DNA from: a virus
Virus record (IMG/VR): IMGVR_UViG_3300045988_118650
DNA: 60,715 nt
Direction: 5' to 3' (one strand)
Position 1 is the stretch's first letter, and every line of letters begins with the position of its first letter. The notes below the pieces were generated by a model. The model was given only the letters and a program-made list of their open reading frames with translations, had not been told where the DNA came from and ran no database searches. A program made the translations under genes and the position numbers. This document shows positions 50,537-58,606 of the stretch, in pieces.

Positions 50537-50857
50537 TTACCTCCAATCGAATTCAAGGAAAAAGCCAAGGGCTTTCAAGACGGTCTCTGCGTCGTTCCAC
50601 GACATGGTGGTATCTGCCGCAGCCTTTACAAACTTCTCCACGTCGGCGGCCGGGTGGCTGTTTCCGTCCGCGTCCTCAATGCGGAGTTCCAGCCCGATGC
50701 CGTCCGCGATCTTCAAGACAGACGACAGGTTCAGGCTGTGCCTGTTGGTGAGAGCACGGCTCAGGTTCGCTTCTGTCCAGCCCATCTTCCGGGCCACCTG
50801 CGCCTGCCGCTGGCCGGATTCTTCCAGCAGGTTTTTGAGCTTCGTTCCGATGTACAT
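50537..50857 (-). CDS. XRE-family HTH protein
   Basis: LKNLLEESGQRQAQVARKMGWTEANLSRALTNRHSLNLSSVLKIADGIG. Confidence 0.7.
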   Translation of the reverse strand: MYIGTKLKNLLEESGQRQAQVARKMGWTEANLSRALTNRHSLNLSSVLKIADGIGLELRIEDADGNSHPAADVEKFVKAAADTTMSWNDAETVLKALGFFLEFDWR

Positions 50858-50906
50858 TCAAAACCTCCTTGTTTTTGAGTGCATTTGCATCTCGATTGTG
50901 TCATTT

Positions 50907-50922
50907 ACTCATTATTGTGAGT
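50907..50922. promoter_or_regulatory. Operator copy ACTCAT-TATT-GTGAGT
   Basis: Read directly, upstream of the HTH gene. The flanking -10/-35 elements are weak here. Confidence 0.5.
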
Positions 50923-50947
50923 TACAAAGGCATGAAAAAACAGGCCC

Positions 50948-51202
50948 TCATGCGATTTCGCGCATCAGGAAGTCCATGACCTCACGACGGTGAGCTTGCT
51001 TGCGGGCTTCCGCTGCTGCGGCTTCTGCCCTTTCCGCTTCGCGCTGCTGGACTTCGTTCCAGCGGCGGCGGTAGATGTACTGATCGACGACGGGGGCAAC
51101 GGCCTGCGCCAAGATTCCGGCGGCGATCACATAGCCAAACGGGGCGATGCACTGCGCCTGATACTGGGAGTATCCGGCCAGCATGAAAAGATTGGTCATC
51201 AT
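50948..51202 (-). CDS. Small membrane protein
   Basis: Hydrophobic N-terminus followed by a basic helical tail. Confidence 0.55.
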   Translation of the reverse strand: MMTNLFMLAGYSQYQAQCIAPFGYVIAAGILAQAVAPVVDQYIYRRRWNEVQQREAERAEAAAAEARKQAHRREVMDFLMREIA

Positions 51203-51264
51203 GGTTCTTCCTCCTGTAAAACGTGGGCGCGGGAGCCTTTCGGCTCCCCTGCCCGGTATGCGAT

Positions 51265-51495
51265 TTAGTCCTCGGTGTCGCCCTCTTCGACGGCGTTCTG
51301 GATGTCGTTTACTTCGTCGGGGGTGATGTAGCCCATAATGCAGAGACCCGTGAGGACGCCGTAGATCTGGCCCTCGTAATAGTCGACATCGGTGCAGGTT
51401 CTGGCTTCTTCCAGATCTCCGATCATGCGCTCCAGCTCGGTGACGTCGCGGCCCTCGGCGGCCAGACGGTTCATAAGGTTTTTCAGTGATTTCAT
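51265..51495 (-). CDS. Hypothetical protein
   Basis: 76-aa acidic ORF. First gene after the promoter at 51542-51570. Confidence 0.6.
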   Translation of the reverse strand: MKSLKNLMNRLAAEGRDVTELERMIGDLEEARTCTDVDYYEGQIYGVLTGLCIMGYITPDEVNDIQNAVEEGDTED

Positions 51496-51504
51496 GGTGT
51501 TCTC

Positions 51505-51520
51505 CTTTCAGCTTGTGAGT
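51505..51520. promoter_or_regulatory. Degenerate operator copy CTTTCA-GCTT-GTGAGT
   Basis: Read directly; it overlaps the RBS. Confidence 0.35.
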
Positions 51521-51541
51521 TGTGAATCACTTTGTAAGTAT

Positions 51542-51570
51542 ATTATCACTCATTATTGTGAGTTAGTCAA
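51542..51570 (-). promoter_or_regulatory. Early promoter: -35 TTGACT, 17-nt operator spacer (ACTCAT-TATT-GTGAGT), -10 GATAAT
   Basis: Reverse complement read directly. Same architecture as the other four promoter copies. Confidence 0.7.
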
Positions 51571-51640
51571 CAGGTATGGAAAGATTTATCGATAGTTTTA
51601 CGAGCTGGTTTATAGTTCTTTTATAGAGAGATATATTATC

Positions 51641-51775
51641 GTAACCTATACGTTTTTCTTCTAAGGTTAAGTATAATATTATCTTTACCACCACTACCAC
51701 CAGATTCTGACAGATGTATCTATACGGTAGTGATACCGTATCACTCGCCGTAGTGGTGGTTGGGTGTCGATGTTT
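51641..51775 (-). repeat. Conserved intergenic element, copy A
   Basis: Aligns by eye with 54737-54850. The 32-nt core at 51698-51729 matches 54800-54831 at 30 of 32 positions. It is flanked by ACCACCA/TGGTGGT arms. Confidence 0.75.
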
Positions 51776-52100
51776 AGTCGTCCATGTTCTCAAAATAAAA
51801 GCGGATTTCGTCTGGTTTGTGGTAGTAGGTCTCCCGGACAGGCTCCTCCGGCATGACAAAGGAATCCCAGTATTTCATTGCAAGGCGGTACTGTACGGAA
51901 ATTTTCGGCAGGCCCTGCAGGCGGGAGCGGAATGTTTCCAGATCGTCGGAGCCTTTGAAGCGGGCGCAGTCCGGGCAGGCGGCGACCCGCTGGCCCGGCT
52001 TTGCCTGATTCAGAAAGAAGTTCAGAGGGTCGATGACACAGCCGCAATATGCGCAGCGGCCGTGCGTGGCATTGTATGCTTCTTCGCGTTTGTTGGGCAT
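51774..52100 (-). CDS. HNH-type endonuclease (small)
   Basis: HGRCAYCGCVID...ACPDCARFKG. Confidence 0.55.
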   Translation of the reverse strand: MPNKREEAYNATHGRCAYCGCVIDPLNFFLNQAKPGQRVAACPDCARFKGSDDLETFRSRLQGLPKISVQYRLAMKYWDSFVMPEEPVRETYYHKPDEIRFYFENMDD

Positions 52101-52172
52101 GATGTTATATCCTCTCTTAAACTAAAGGGCAAGCCCCGCGCTTGCAGAGCCTGTCCCGGTGTGGCGGCTGGA

Positions 52173-52424
52173 TTATTCAGCCTTGTTCTTGACCTCCTCG
52201 CAGAGCTTCATCGCGGCCACAAAGCCAGCGCGGAACCCTGCGCGGGCCTGTGCCACGGCTTCGGCACTGACGATCTCGTCGATGCGGATCTGGTAATCGG
52301 TGGGCAGCGAGGACTTGTCAAAGATGTCGTTCAGCGCGTCCCGCGTGGCCTTGTCGTGCTTGATGTCCCAAGCGGTGTCACTGTCAACGAGTTGGTCAAA
52401 GAGGATGTCGATCATGCTTTCCAT
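52173..52424 (-). CDS. Hypothetical protein
   Basis: MESMIDILFDQLVDSD...; ATG at 52422-52424. Confidence 0.55.
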   Translation of the reverse strand: MESMIDILFDQLVDSDTAWDIKHDKATRDALNDIFDKSSLPTDYQIRIDEIVSAEAVAQARAGFRAGFVAAMKLCEEVKNKAE

Positions 52425-52527
52425 AGGAAAAACCTTTCTCCCGGCTATATCCCGCCGGGCGGGCGTCTGGCGGCCTGTGTGCCGCGCTTTTATTGGCTCG
52501 CGGTGTTGCGGGCCAGTGATAAGCATA

Positions 52528-53010
52528 TCACTGATTCAGGGGCGTTCCATGGGCGTCGTGGCAAGGCTGGCCAGCGAACCAAAGGAAAAGCTGCTGCCGA
52601 TCTGCAAATTCTTCCGTCCATGCGTTACCGTCGGAGTTATCGACGCCGATGTATAGCCCTCCCTCTTGGGTGAAAAATTTTCCTTTGGCGGCCGGGGCGC
52701 TGGGCTTCTGGATGACGCAGTGCAGGTGAAACGGCGAAACCTGGGTGGCGTGGACGATGGCTCCCATCTTCGGGCGGGTGTTTTCGTCGCCCACAGTGTG
52801 CATGACGCCCGCGATGATTGCAGATGCGTGTTCCATGGCGGTGTTCATCGCGGTGTTCGTGTCGGTGTAGTTGGCGCCGATGATGGCGCATTCGGCCAGA
52901 TCGAGGTATTTCAAGAGGTTCAGGCCGCTGATGGCGTCCGGGGCCGCTGCGATGGTCAACTGGCCGTTGGCAAGTTTGAGGGTGATTTCAGCGTTTGTCA
53001 TTTTCTCCAT
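52528..53010 (-). CDS. Hypothetical protein
   Basis: 160-aa ORF. Confidence 0.6.
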   Translation of the reverse strand: MEKMTNAEITLKLANGQLTIAAAPDAISGLNLLKYLDLAECAIIGANYTDTNTAMNTAMEHASAIIAGVMHTVGDENTRPKMGAIVHATQVSPFHLHCVIQKPSAPAAKGKFFTQEGGLYIGVDNSDGNAWTEEFADRQQLFLWFAGQPCHDAHGTPLNQ

Positions 53011-53809
53011 TTTTGATCTCCTTTTCTTTTTGGCTGGCGGTGGTGCGGAGCCGGGCCAGCAGGATGCCCGTTTCTGTTGCCTGCGGGTCGCTGCTGAATA
53101 GGTCGTGACGGTTCATGTCCAGCCTTTCCTGCTTGGTGACGGCTGCAAGGTTATCCGGGTCAAGGTTCTGGCGGTTGCCGTCCTTGAAGATGATGACATA
53201 TCCCGGCGGCAGCGGGCCGTGTTCCCTCTCCCAGATGATGCGGTGCTTCGGGGCAAAGTTGTCATTGCTGCCGGGGCGGGACTTCCGCATCCTGATCTTG
53301 ACCTCGATGTAGCCATCCCGTGTTGTGCGTTCATAGCCAATGGGCTTGATGTTGTGCGGGGTCTGGCCGGGCTTGAACCATGTTTTCTCGCAGCCCTGCG
53401 CGTGTACTCCGGGCTTTGGCCTGTATGGGCAGTGTCCTTTTTTGAAATATCCGGTCAGGCCGCTGTTCAGGCCGTTGCGGGCGTAATATTGCTTGATCTG
53501 CTCCGGGGTGTACTGGATGCCGAATCGCTCAAAGAGCTGCTCACACATCTGGCGGTGCCCGGTGCCCTTGTAGTTGGAAAAGATGTACTCCCGGACGTTG
53601 GCCGGGAAAGCTTTTGTCGGTTTGCCCTTGATCTGCCCGGTGCCCCGGTTGTTTTTCAGCTTGTGGTTGGCCTTGTATGACTTCATGGACGCCGCGGTGA
53701 AGTTGGTGCCAAAGGCTGCGTTTGTCATTTCGGCCAGCTCAGACGTTGGCGTCCCGGCGACGTGGGCGGCGATAAAAGCGTGAACTTCCGGCTTAAACCT
53801 TTGTGCCAT
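52988..53809 (-). CDS. HNH homing-endonuclease-like protein (HNH_3 type)
   Basis: GYIEVKI....PKHRIIWEREHGPLPPGYVIIFKDGNRQNLDPDNL. ATG at 53807-53809 follows GGAGGTGG. Confidence 0.7.
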   Translation of the reverse strand: MAQRFKPEVHAFIAAHVAGTPTSELAEMTNAAFGTNFTAASMKSYKANHKLKNNRGTGQIKGKPTKAFPANVREYIFSNYKGTGHRQMCEQLFERFGIQYTPEQIKQYYARNGLNSGLTGYFKKGHCPYRPKPGVHAQGCEKTWFKPGQTPHNIKPIGYERTTRDGYIEVKIRMRKSRPGSNDNFAPKHRIIWEREHGPLPPGYVIIFKDGNRQNLDPDNLAAVTKQERLDMNRHDLFSSDPQATETGILLARLRTTASQKEKEIKNGENDKR

Positions 53810-54044
53810 TGGTATCCACCTCCAGCATGGCGGGCATCTTGGCGTCCGGCGGCAGCTTCTCGTCTGCAAAGCGCATGGCCTGCAGGGTTAGCTTGCCGTT
53901 GTTCACGATCTGCTCCGAAACCCGCGTGACGGCCTTTGTGCGGTCGATTTCCTGCTTTAGCTGCTCCGGGGTCAGGCTGTCGTCGGTCAGGCGCTCCAGC
54001 TGTTCAAAAAGGTAATTGTTCAGGGATGACAGGGTATTGTTCAT
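53793..54044 (-). CDS. Hypothetical protein
   Basis: 83-aa ORF. Confidence 0.55.
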   Translation of the reverse strand: MNNTLSSLNNYLFEQLERLTDDSLTPEQLKQEIDRTKAVTRVSEQIVNNGKLTLQAMRFADEKLPPDAKMPAMLEVDTNGTKV

Positions 54045-54718
54045 AAAAATGCTTCCTCCACAGTTTTGGGGATGTTGTTGCGCTGGATGCCGTATTCTGC
54101 GATCTTGCAGAACAGGTTAAAGGCTTCTTCATCCATGACGACTGCCTGCATGGTGGACATTGCATAGTCGTGGGTGGCAACCTGCATCCGTAGGGTCAGT
54201 GCATCGACGTTGTAGCCGTTGCGCTTCATGAGCTTGTACATCCCGGACAGGAAATAGCGGCGGCTCCAGCCAAAATAGCTGCAAAAGCGGTCAACGTAGC
54301 CGTTGAGCTTTTGTTTCCGTTCCAGCTCTGCCCAGAGCCGTTCAAACATGGCGTCTTCCGCAGGTGCGTCCCGGCCAGCTCCCGGCATGGAGTATGCTCC
54401 GGTCTTGCGGATGCTGGGCAACACCTCCGATGTGACCCAGCGCTTAAACTTCTTGGCGCCGGGCAGCTTGCTTTTCAGCATCAGGCTGTACAGGCCGCTT
54501 TCGTTGATGATGGTCATTTCCTGTTCTCCGCCAAGGGTGCCCTGAATCGGGGACACCTTTTTGTCCTCCGGGTCAACGTGCGTAGCAAGAGCGTTCGCGG
54601 GCTTTTTGTAGCCCAAAGCTTCGGCAATGTCTTTCCCGACAAACCACGGCTCGCCCTCGATTTTCAGGCCGCGAATGTGCCCAAATTCGGGGTTTTCAAA
54701 AATTGCAAGATCGTTCAT
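54041..54718 (-). CDS. Bro-N domain antirepressor-like protein
   Basis: FENPEFGHIRGLKIEGEPWFVGKDIAEALGYKKPANALATHVDPEDKK. Confidence 0.8.
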   Translation of the reverse strand: MNDLAIFENPEFGHIRGLKIEGEPWFVGKDIAEALGYKKPANALATHVDPEDKKVSPIQGTLGGEQEMTIINESGLYSLMLKSKLPGAKKFKRWVTSEVLPSIRKTGAYSMPGAGRDAPAEDAMFERLWAELERKQKLNGYVDRFCSYFGWSRRYFLSGMYKLMKRNGYNVDALTLRMQVATHDYAMSTMQAVVMDEEAFNLFCKIAEYGIQRNNIPKTVEEAFL

Positions 54719-54736
54719 TGTGATCTCCCTTTATTC

Positions 54737-54850
54737 GTAACCTTTACGTTCTCCTTCTAAGATTAAATTGATATAAACTTTAAGTACCACCAGTACCAGC
54801 ACCAGATTCTGACAGATGTATAGATACGGTATCGGGTGGTGGTTGTTTGG
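54737..54850 (-). repeat. Conserved intergenic element, copy B
   Basis: See copy A. It begins right after the stop of the upstream ORF and ends 18 nt before the antirepressor start codon. Confidence 0.75.
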
Positions 54851-54852
54851 CG

Positions 54853-55062
54853 TTATATCATGTTTTTTGCTTCTTCCTCGATCTGCTGCACAAGCTCGTC
54901 GTTTGAGAGGTCTTCGAGGGTCAGCCAGCGGCCATCATGCAGCCGCATGATAGCCCGGGGCGGGGCGTTTTCTTCCCGGGCAAGTGAAACGATTCCGCGC
55001 ACGATGTCCGCGCTTGTCGTTCCTTTGAGGATTTCCCACGCCCAGATGTATTTATAGTTCAA
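54853..55062 (-). CDS. Hypothetical protein
   Basis: 69-aa ORF. Confidence 0.55.
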   Translation of the reverse strand: MNYKYIWAWEILKGTTSADIVRGIVSLAREENAPPRAIMRLHDGRWLTLEDLSNDELVQQIEEEAKNMI

Positions 55063-55115
55063 TCTTTCACCGCCTTTTTATGATATTTCGGACCTGCTGG
55101 CAAGTTACCGGCAAG

Positions 55116-55367
55116 TTAAAGGGTACGGGCTGCGCTCTTAAAGCCGAACACCGGGACATAGGCATCCTTGCGGGTGGTGTCGTAGGCGCTGACGATGCGG
55201 TATTTGACGTTCGGGTTCTTGTTGCGGTTCATCTCGCTGCGGTAGGCCGCCACGGCGTTGTCGTATGCACCGCGGCCAGTGTGGAAAGAATAGGTGCGCC
55301 AGCCTGTCACGTCGGTCTGACCGATGGGCAGGAACCCGGCCTGCAGAATGTAGGTTTTCGTTTTCAT
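55116..55367 (-). CDS. Hypothetical protein
   Basis: MKTKTYILQAGFLPIG...; ATG at 55365-55367 follows AAAGGAG. Confidence 0.55.
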   Translation of the reverse strand: MKTKTYILQAGFLPIGQTDVTGWRTYSFHTGRGAYDNAVAAYRSEMNRNKNPNVKYRIVSAYDTTRKDAYVPVFGFKSAARTL

Positions 55368-55443
55368 GTGGATGCTCCTTTCTTGCGGTTGGCTCCCGCG
55401 ACGCTCCGGGTGGAGCGTTTCGGCTCCTGCCACGCAGCCATCA

Positions 55444-55656
55444 TCAGGCGGGGTTAAGCGGCTCCCAAGTGCCGCCGGGGAGAAAGAACTCTACTGTATG
55501 GTCTTCAAGCGCAGCTGTGAAATCCTTCGCTCTCGGCCAGCGGACTTCATAGCCGTTGACGATCATGTGCGTGTACCCTTCTGCGCGGTATTTTTCCTCC
55601 AGCTCGCTTTCCTTCAGATAGGACAAGAGAAAGTATTCATTCCAAACGTTATCCAT
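55444..55656 (-). CDS. Hypothetical protein
   Basis: 70-aa ORF. Confidence 0.55.
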   Translation of the reverse strand: MDNVWNEYFLLSYLKESELEEKYRAEGYTHMIVNGYEVRWPRAKDFTAALEDHTVEFFLPGGTWEPLNPA

Positions 55657-55659
55657 GGT

Positions 55660-56112
55660 TCAGACCTCCAATCTTGCCACGACGGAATTATAAAAGCCCT
55701 TGTACTGCTCCTGCTCCTTGACGGAGTTGCTATCTGCGCCAAAATCCCAAGTGTACCGCTCAATCCACTTGTCACACTGCTGCGCCCTGTCCCGGAAATA
55801 CTCAGCGATGTGGGTCTTGTCGATGCCCTCGACGATCTCGATCTGCGCGTGTTCCTTGTTCCACAGCTTTGCGGTGGTGTACTTCTCATAGCCATTGACC
55901 GTGACCATGATCGGCCAGAAACAGACCGCATTTTTGGCCTTGCTCGGCTCGCCGTTGCGCTTGATCTTCAGCAGGCAGTGGTCTTTCCCGCACCAGTCGG
56001 GGTCTCCGTCGCTGTGCTCCACAAAGTAGAGCGCGTTGTCGGTCTTGAAGTACGCCCCGGTGATTCTTACGACGTCCCCGGTCTTGATCTCGATTCCGTT
56101 CTTGTCCAGCAT
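55660..56112 (-). CDS. Hypothetical protein
   Basis: 150-aa ORF. Confidence 0.6.
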   Translation of the reverse strand: MLDKNGIEIKTGDVVRITGAYFKTDNALYFVEHSDGDPDWCGKDHCLLKIKRNGEPSKAKNAVCFWPIMVTVNGYEKYTTAKLWNKEHAQIEIVEGIDKTHIAEYFRDRAQQCDKWIERYTWDFGADSNSVKEQEQYKGFYNSVVARLEV

Positions 56113-56132
56113 GATTTTGTCCTCCTTTTTGA

Positions 56133-56534
56133 TTAAACGTCAAAGCTGACCGAATGATATGCGAACCAGTGCCCGCAGCGGCGGTGCAGCTTGTACCAGT
56201 TTGTGAAGCGCTGCCCAGAGCAGTCATAGGCCGTCGGGTAAAACTCATAGTAGCGATTTGCCCGGAACCACTCGGCGGCATCGTCCTCGTTGACCTTGTC
56301 CAGCTCGTCCGGGAGCTGCACCAGTTCAATGTAGCCATCAATGCCGCGCTCCTCGACAATGCGGCTGTCAGGTGCCGGGCGGTTGTTGTAGGCCCGGATC
56401 TCCTTCTTGATGCTGACCATAAAGGCGGCCAAGCCGGACTTCTGCTCGGCGGTGGTGGTGGGAACGTCGTCCCGGATGAATGCCAGCAGGGTGTAAGCGT
56501 CTCTCAGCTTCTCGGCGTCGGTGATCTCAAACAT
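56133..56534 (-). CDS. Hypothetical protein
   Basis: MFEITDAEKLRDAYTL...; ATG at 56532-56534 follows AAGGGAGG. Confidence 0.6.
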   Translation of the reverse strand: MFEITDAEKLRDAYTLLAFIRDDVPTTTAEQKSGLAAFMVSIKKEIRAYNNRPAPDSRIVEERGIDGYIELVQLPDELDKVNEDDAAEWFRANRYYEFYPTAYDCSGQRFTNWYKLHRRCGHWFAYHSVSFDV

Positions 56535-56548
56535 GGTCTTGTCCTCCC

Positions 56549-56725
56549 TTACTCTTTGACTTCGCACACATCGGTCAGCTCGTTGATGTCCAGACCGTGC
56601 CCGGTCTCGTCCGCCAGCCGCTGCACGGCTACGTTCCGGGCGTCCACCGGGTCGATTGCGTTGACCTCGTAGCAGTCCCAGAACTTGTCCTGCGTGTTGT
56701 AAAAATACACCTTGTAGCGCTTCAT
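56549..56725 (-). CDS. Hypothetical small protein (58 aa)
   Basis: Own translation MKRYKVYFYNTQDKFWDCYEVNAIDPVDARNVAVQRLADETGHGLDINELTDVCEVKE; RBS GGAGGA. Confidence 0.45.
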   Translation of the reverse strand: MKRYKVYFYNTQDKFWDCYEVNAIDPVDARNVAVQRLADETGHGLDINELTDVCEVKE

Positions 56726-56728
56726 GGT

Positions 56729-56962
56729 TCAGTCCTCCTTACTTTCGGCTTCCTGCTCAATTTCGAGCAGCTCATTGTAAATTCTTTCGGCCTCGTCGCC
56801 GGTTAAGTTGAACTGCTCGATCAGGTCGGGAAGATCGCGGGCCCGCCAGCCGCCCTCGTACAGGGAAGCCGCAGAATACTGGGTATCGTACTCCTCCTGT
56901 CCGCCGCAGCGGAGGTCATCGCGCCAGTTCTCGTAATCGGTCTCTGTCATGTTCAACATCAT
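56729..56962 (-). CDS. Hypothetical protein
   Basis: 77-aa acidic ORF. Confidence 0.55.
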   Translation of the reverse strand: MMLNMTETDYENWRDDLRCGGQEEYDTQYSAASLYEGGWRARDLPDLIEQFNLTGDEAERIYNELLEIEQEAESKED

Positions 56963-56978
56963 AATTTAGCCCTCCCTC

Positions 56979-57152
56979 TTAGTAGCAAACCGTGGATTCA
57001 TTGATGCGGATGAACTTTCCGTACTTCTTGCCGAGCCGCTCTGCGCAGATGTAATTGTACACATCCAGCCGGTTTCTGAACTTCGGATCTCTGTCGGTGA
57101 ACACCAGCGTCTCGTTTCTGAAGATTGCCTCGAACTTCGTATACTTGGTCAT
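56979..57152 (-). CDS. Hypothetical small protein (57 aa)
   Basis: Own translation MTKYTKFEAIFRNETLVFTDRDPKFRNRLDVYNYICAERLGKKYGKFIRINESTVCY; RBS GGAGGT. Confidence 0.45.
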   Translation of the reverse strand: MTKYTKFEAIFRNETLVFTDRDPKFRNRLDVYNYICAERLGKKYGKFIRINESTVCY

Positions 57153-57190
57153 TTGGTTTTACCTCCGTCCATCAACTGCCATTGTCGCTC

Positions 57191-57206
57191 TCTCATATTA
57201 GTGAGC
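57191..57206. promoter_or_regulatory. Operator copy (T)CTCAT-ATTA-GTGAG(C)
   Basis: Read directly, downstream of the promoter at 57228-57256. Confidence 0.45.
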
Positions 57207-57227
57207 TGTGAATCATTCTGTGATTAT

Positions 57228-57256
57228 ATTATCACTCATTATTGTGAGTAAGTCAA
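57228..57256 (-). promoter_or_regulatory. Early promoter: -35 TTGACT, 17-nt operator spacer (ACTCAT-TATT-GTGAGT), -10 GATAAT
   Basis: Reverse complement read directly. Confidence 0.7.
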
Positions 57257-57510
57257 CAAGTGTGAAAAGATTTGTTTCAAAAAAATTTGGAAATTTTCGG
57301 GCGGCCGTGTTGGCCTGCCGTGGATTTCCAAATATGCGCGGGAAGTGGGTTACTGTCTTAGCTGGCGTGATGCTCTTGCGCTCCCGGTACGTCCTTCACC
57401 CCTTGCCTTCCGGTCGTACTCCCCTCGCTACAATATAACAATACCCTTAATTGGGTTACAAGTCAACCGTTTTGAGTAATTTTGTTTGGGTTTTATGTAA
57501 AATGTTTTGG

Positions 57511-57539
57511 TTGTTAAATGGCTCGTTTTGGTGTATAAT
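57511..57539 (+). promoter_or_regulatory. Plus-strand sigma70-like promoter: TTGTTA - 17 nt - TATAAT
   Basis: Read directly, 26 nt upstream of the HTH gene start. Confidence 0.55.
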
Positions 57540-57564
57540 GTCAAGAAAGAAAAGAGGTGTCCGC

Positions 57565-57789
57565 ATGGGGTTTGACTATGAGAGTAACGAACAAGTAGCA
57601 CAAGAGCTGCGGGCTCTGTTGGTGCGCAACAAGATCTCCCAGCGCGAACTTTGCGAAAAAATGGAGATAAGGCCGCAGGGATTTACAAAAATCCTAAACA
57701 AAGAGAATTTCGGCTTCAAAGATGCAGATCGGATTTTGTCTGCTGCTGGCTATAAGATGCGTATTTCATTTGAGAAGCTGGAAAAATAA
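57565..57789 (+). CDS. XRE-family HTH protein (74 aa)
   Basis: ELRALLVRNKISQRELCEKMEIRPQGFTKILNKE; ATG at 57565 follows AAGAGGTG. Confidence 0.7.
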   Translation: MGFDYESNEQVAQELRALLVRNKISQRELCEKMEIRPQGFTKILNKENFGFKDADRILSAAGYKMRISFEKLEK

Positions 57790-57806
57790 TAATTTGAGGT
57801 GGAATC

Positions 57807-58106
57807 ATGCTCATTACAACAACAGATACTTTGCAGGGCGTAGAAATTGCTGAATACATCGGCATGGTAACGGCAACAACTTTTTCAAAGGCTCCCGGTC
57901 TTGTGGCAAAGGGGTTCAGTTTTAAGGATTCGGCAAAAAATGATTTTTGGCGAACAGCAGACTCCTTGAATGACGCCGTAAAGTCCGATCTGGAAAAGTC
58001 TGGTGAACGAGTAGGAGCCGATGCTGTAATCGGTGTTCGCGTGAATTATAGCGGGAAAGAAGATTTCATTTATTCGTTCGGCACAGCCGTCAAACTGAAA
58101 AAGTAA
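57807..58106 (+). CDS. YbjQ/UPF0145 (DUF74)-like protein
   Basis: MLITTTDTLQGVEIAEYIGMVTA...GADAVIGVRVNYS...GTAVKL follows the YbjQ family layout. Confidence 0.7.
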   Translation: MLITTTDTLQGVEIAEYIGMVTATTFSKAPGLVAKGFSFKDSAKNDFWRTADSLNDAVKSDLEKSGERVGADAVIGVRVNYSGKEDFIYSFGTAVKLKK

Positions 58107-58114
58107 AAAGAAAA

Positions 58115-58147
58115 GCCCCGGTGCCGCAGATTGCGGTTCACCGGGGC
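58115..58147. terminator. Bidirectional intrinsic terminator
   Basis: GCCCCGGTGCCGCA..TGCGGTTCACCGGGGC with an A-run before and a T-run after. It lies between convergent genes. Confidence 0.7.
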
Positions 58148-58152
58148 TTTGT

Positions 58153-58548
58153 TCAGTTGGTGGCGCTGGTGGCCCGATCTGCAAGGGCGATCAGGAAGTC
58201 CAGCTCCTTCTTTCGGAAGTTACTGCCGCCAAAGAGCTGCTCTATGATCTTCTCCCCTGCTGTGAGGACAAGCAGGTTTTCCGACACGGCGTATTCGGTG
58301 ATGACCTCCTGCTCCGGCTCCTCGTCCAGCAGCTCCCGCTCTGCGCGGTAGACACAGGCCATGGAGTAGTGGTCGGGGATGATGTACTCGCCGTTGCAGT
58401 CCTCGTAGAGCTTTGCACGGCGGGTCTTGCCGTGGCGCTCAAAGGTGACGGTCTTTGCGGTGCGCTTTACGATCTTGATGGTGGACAGGGTCTCATGGTC
58501 GCAAGCGTACTGGTCAAAGTAAGTGTGACCGACTTCAAACTTCTTCAT
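58153..58548 (-). CDS. Hypothetical protein
   Basis: 131-aa ORF and the only gene of its transcription unit. Confidence 0.6.
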   Translation of the reverse strand: MKKFEVGHTYFDQYACDHETLSTIKIVKRTAKTVTFERHGKTRRAKLYEDCNGEYIIPDHYSMACVYRAERELLDEEPEQEVITEYAVSENLLVLTAGEKIIEQLFGGSNFRKKELDFLIALADRATSATN

Positions 58549-58606
58549 GGTGAATACCTCCGAAACATAATCGAAATTGTGTTGCGTACTTCGTTCTTAC
58601 AAGCCT

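Noticed and set aside
51563-51859. 98-aa minus-strand ORF across the AT-rich intergenic region.
   Set aside because: It spans a promoter copy and the conserved intergenic repeat and overlaps the HNH gene. Its composition is odd (Thr runs, VVVVV) and it is not conserved in repeat copy B.
57208-57438. 76-aa plus-strand ORF upstream of the HTH gene.
   Set aside because: It starts inside the minus-strand promoter/operator cassette, has no RBS, and has implausible composition.
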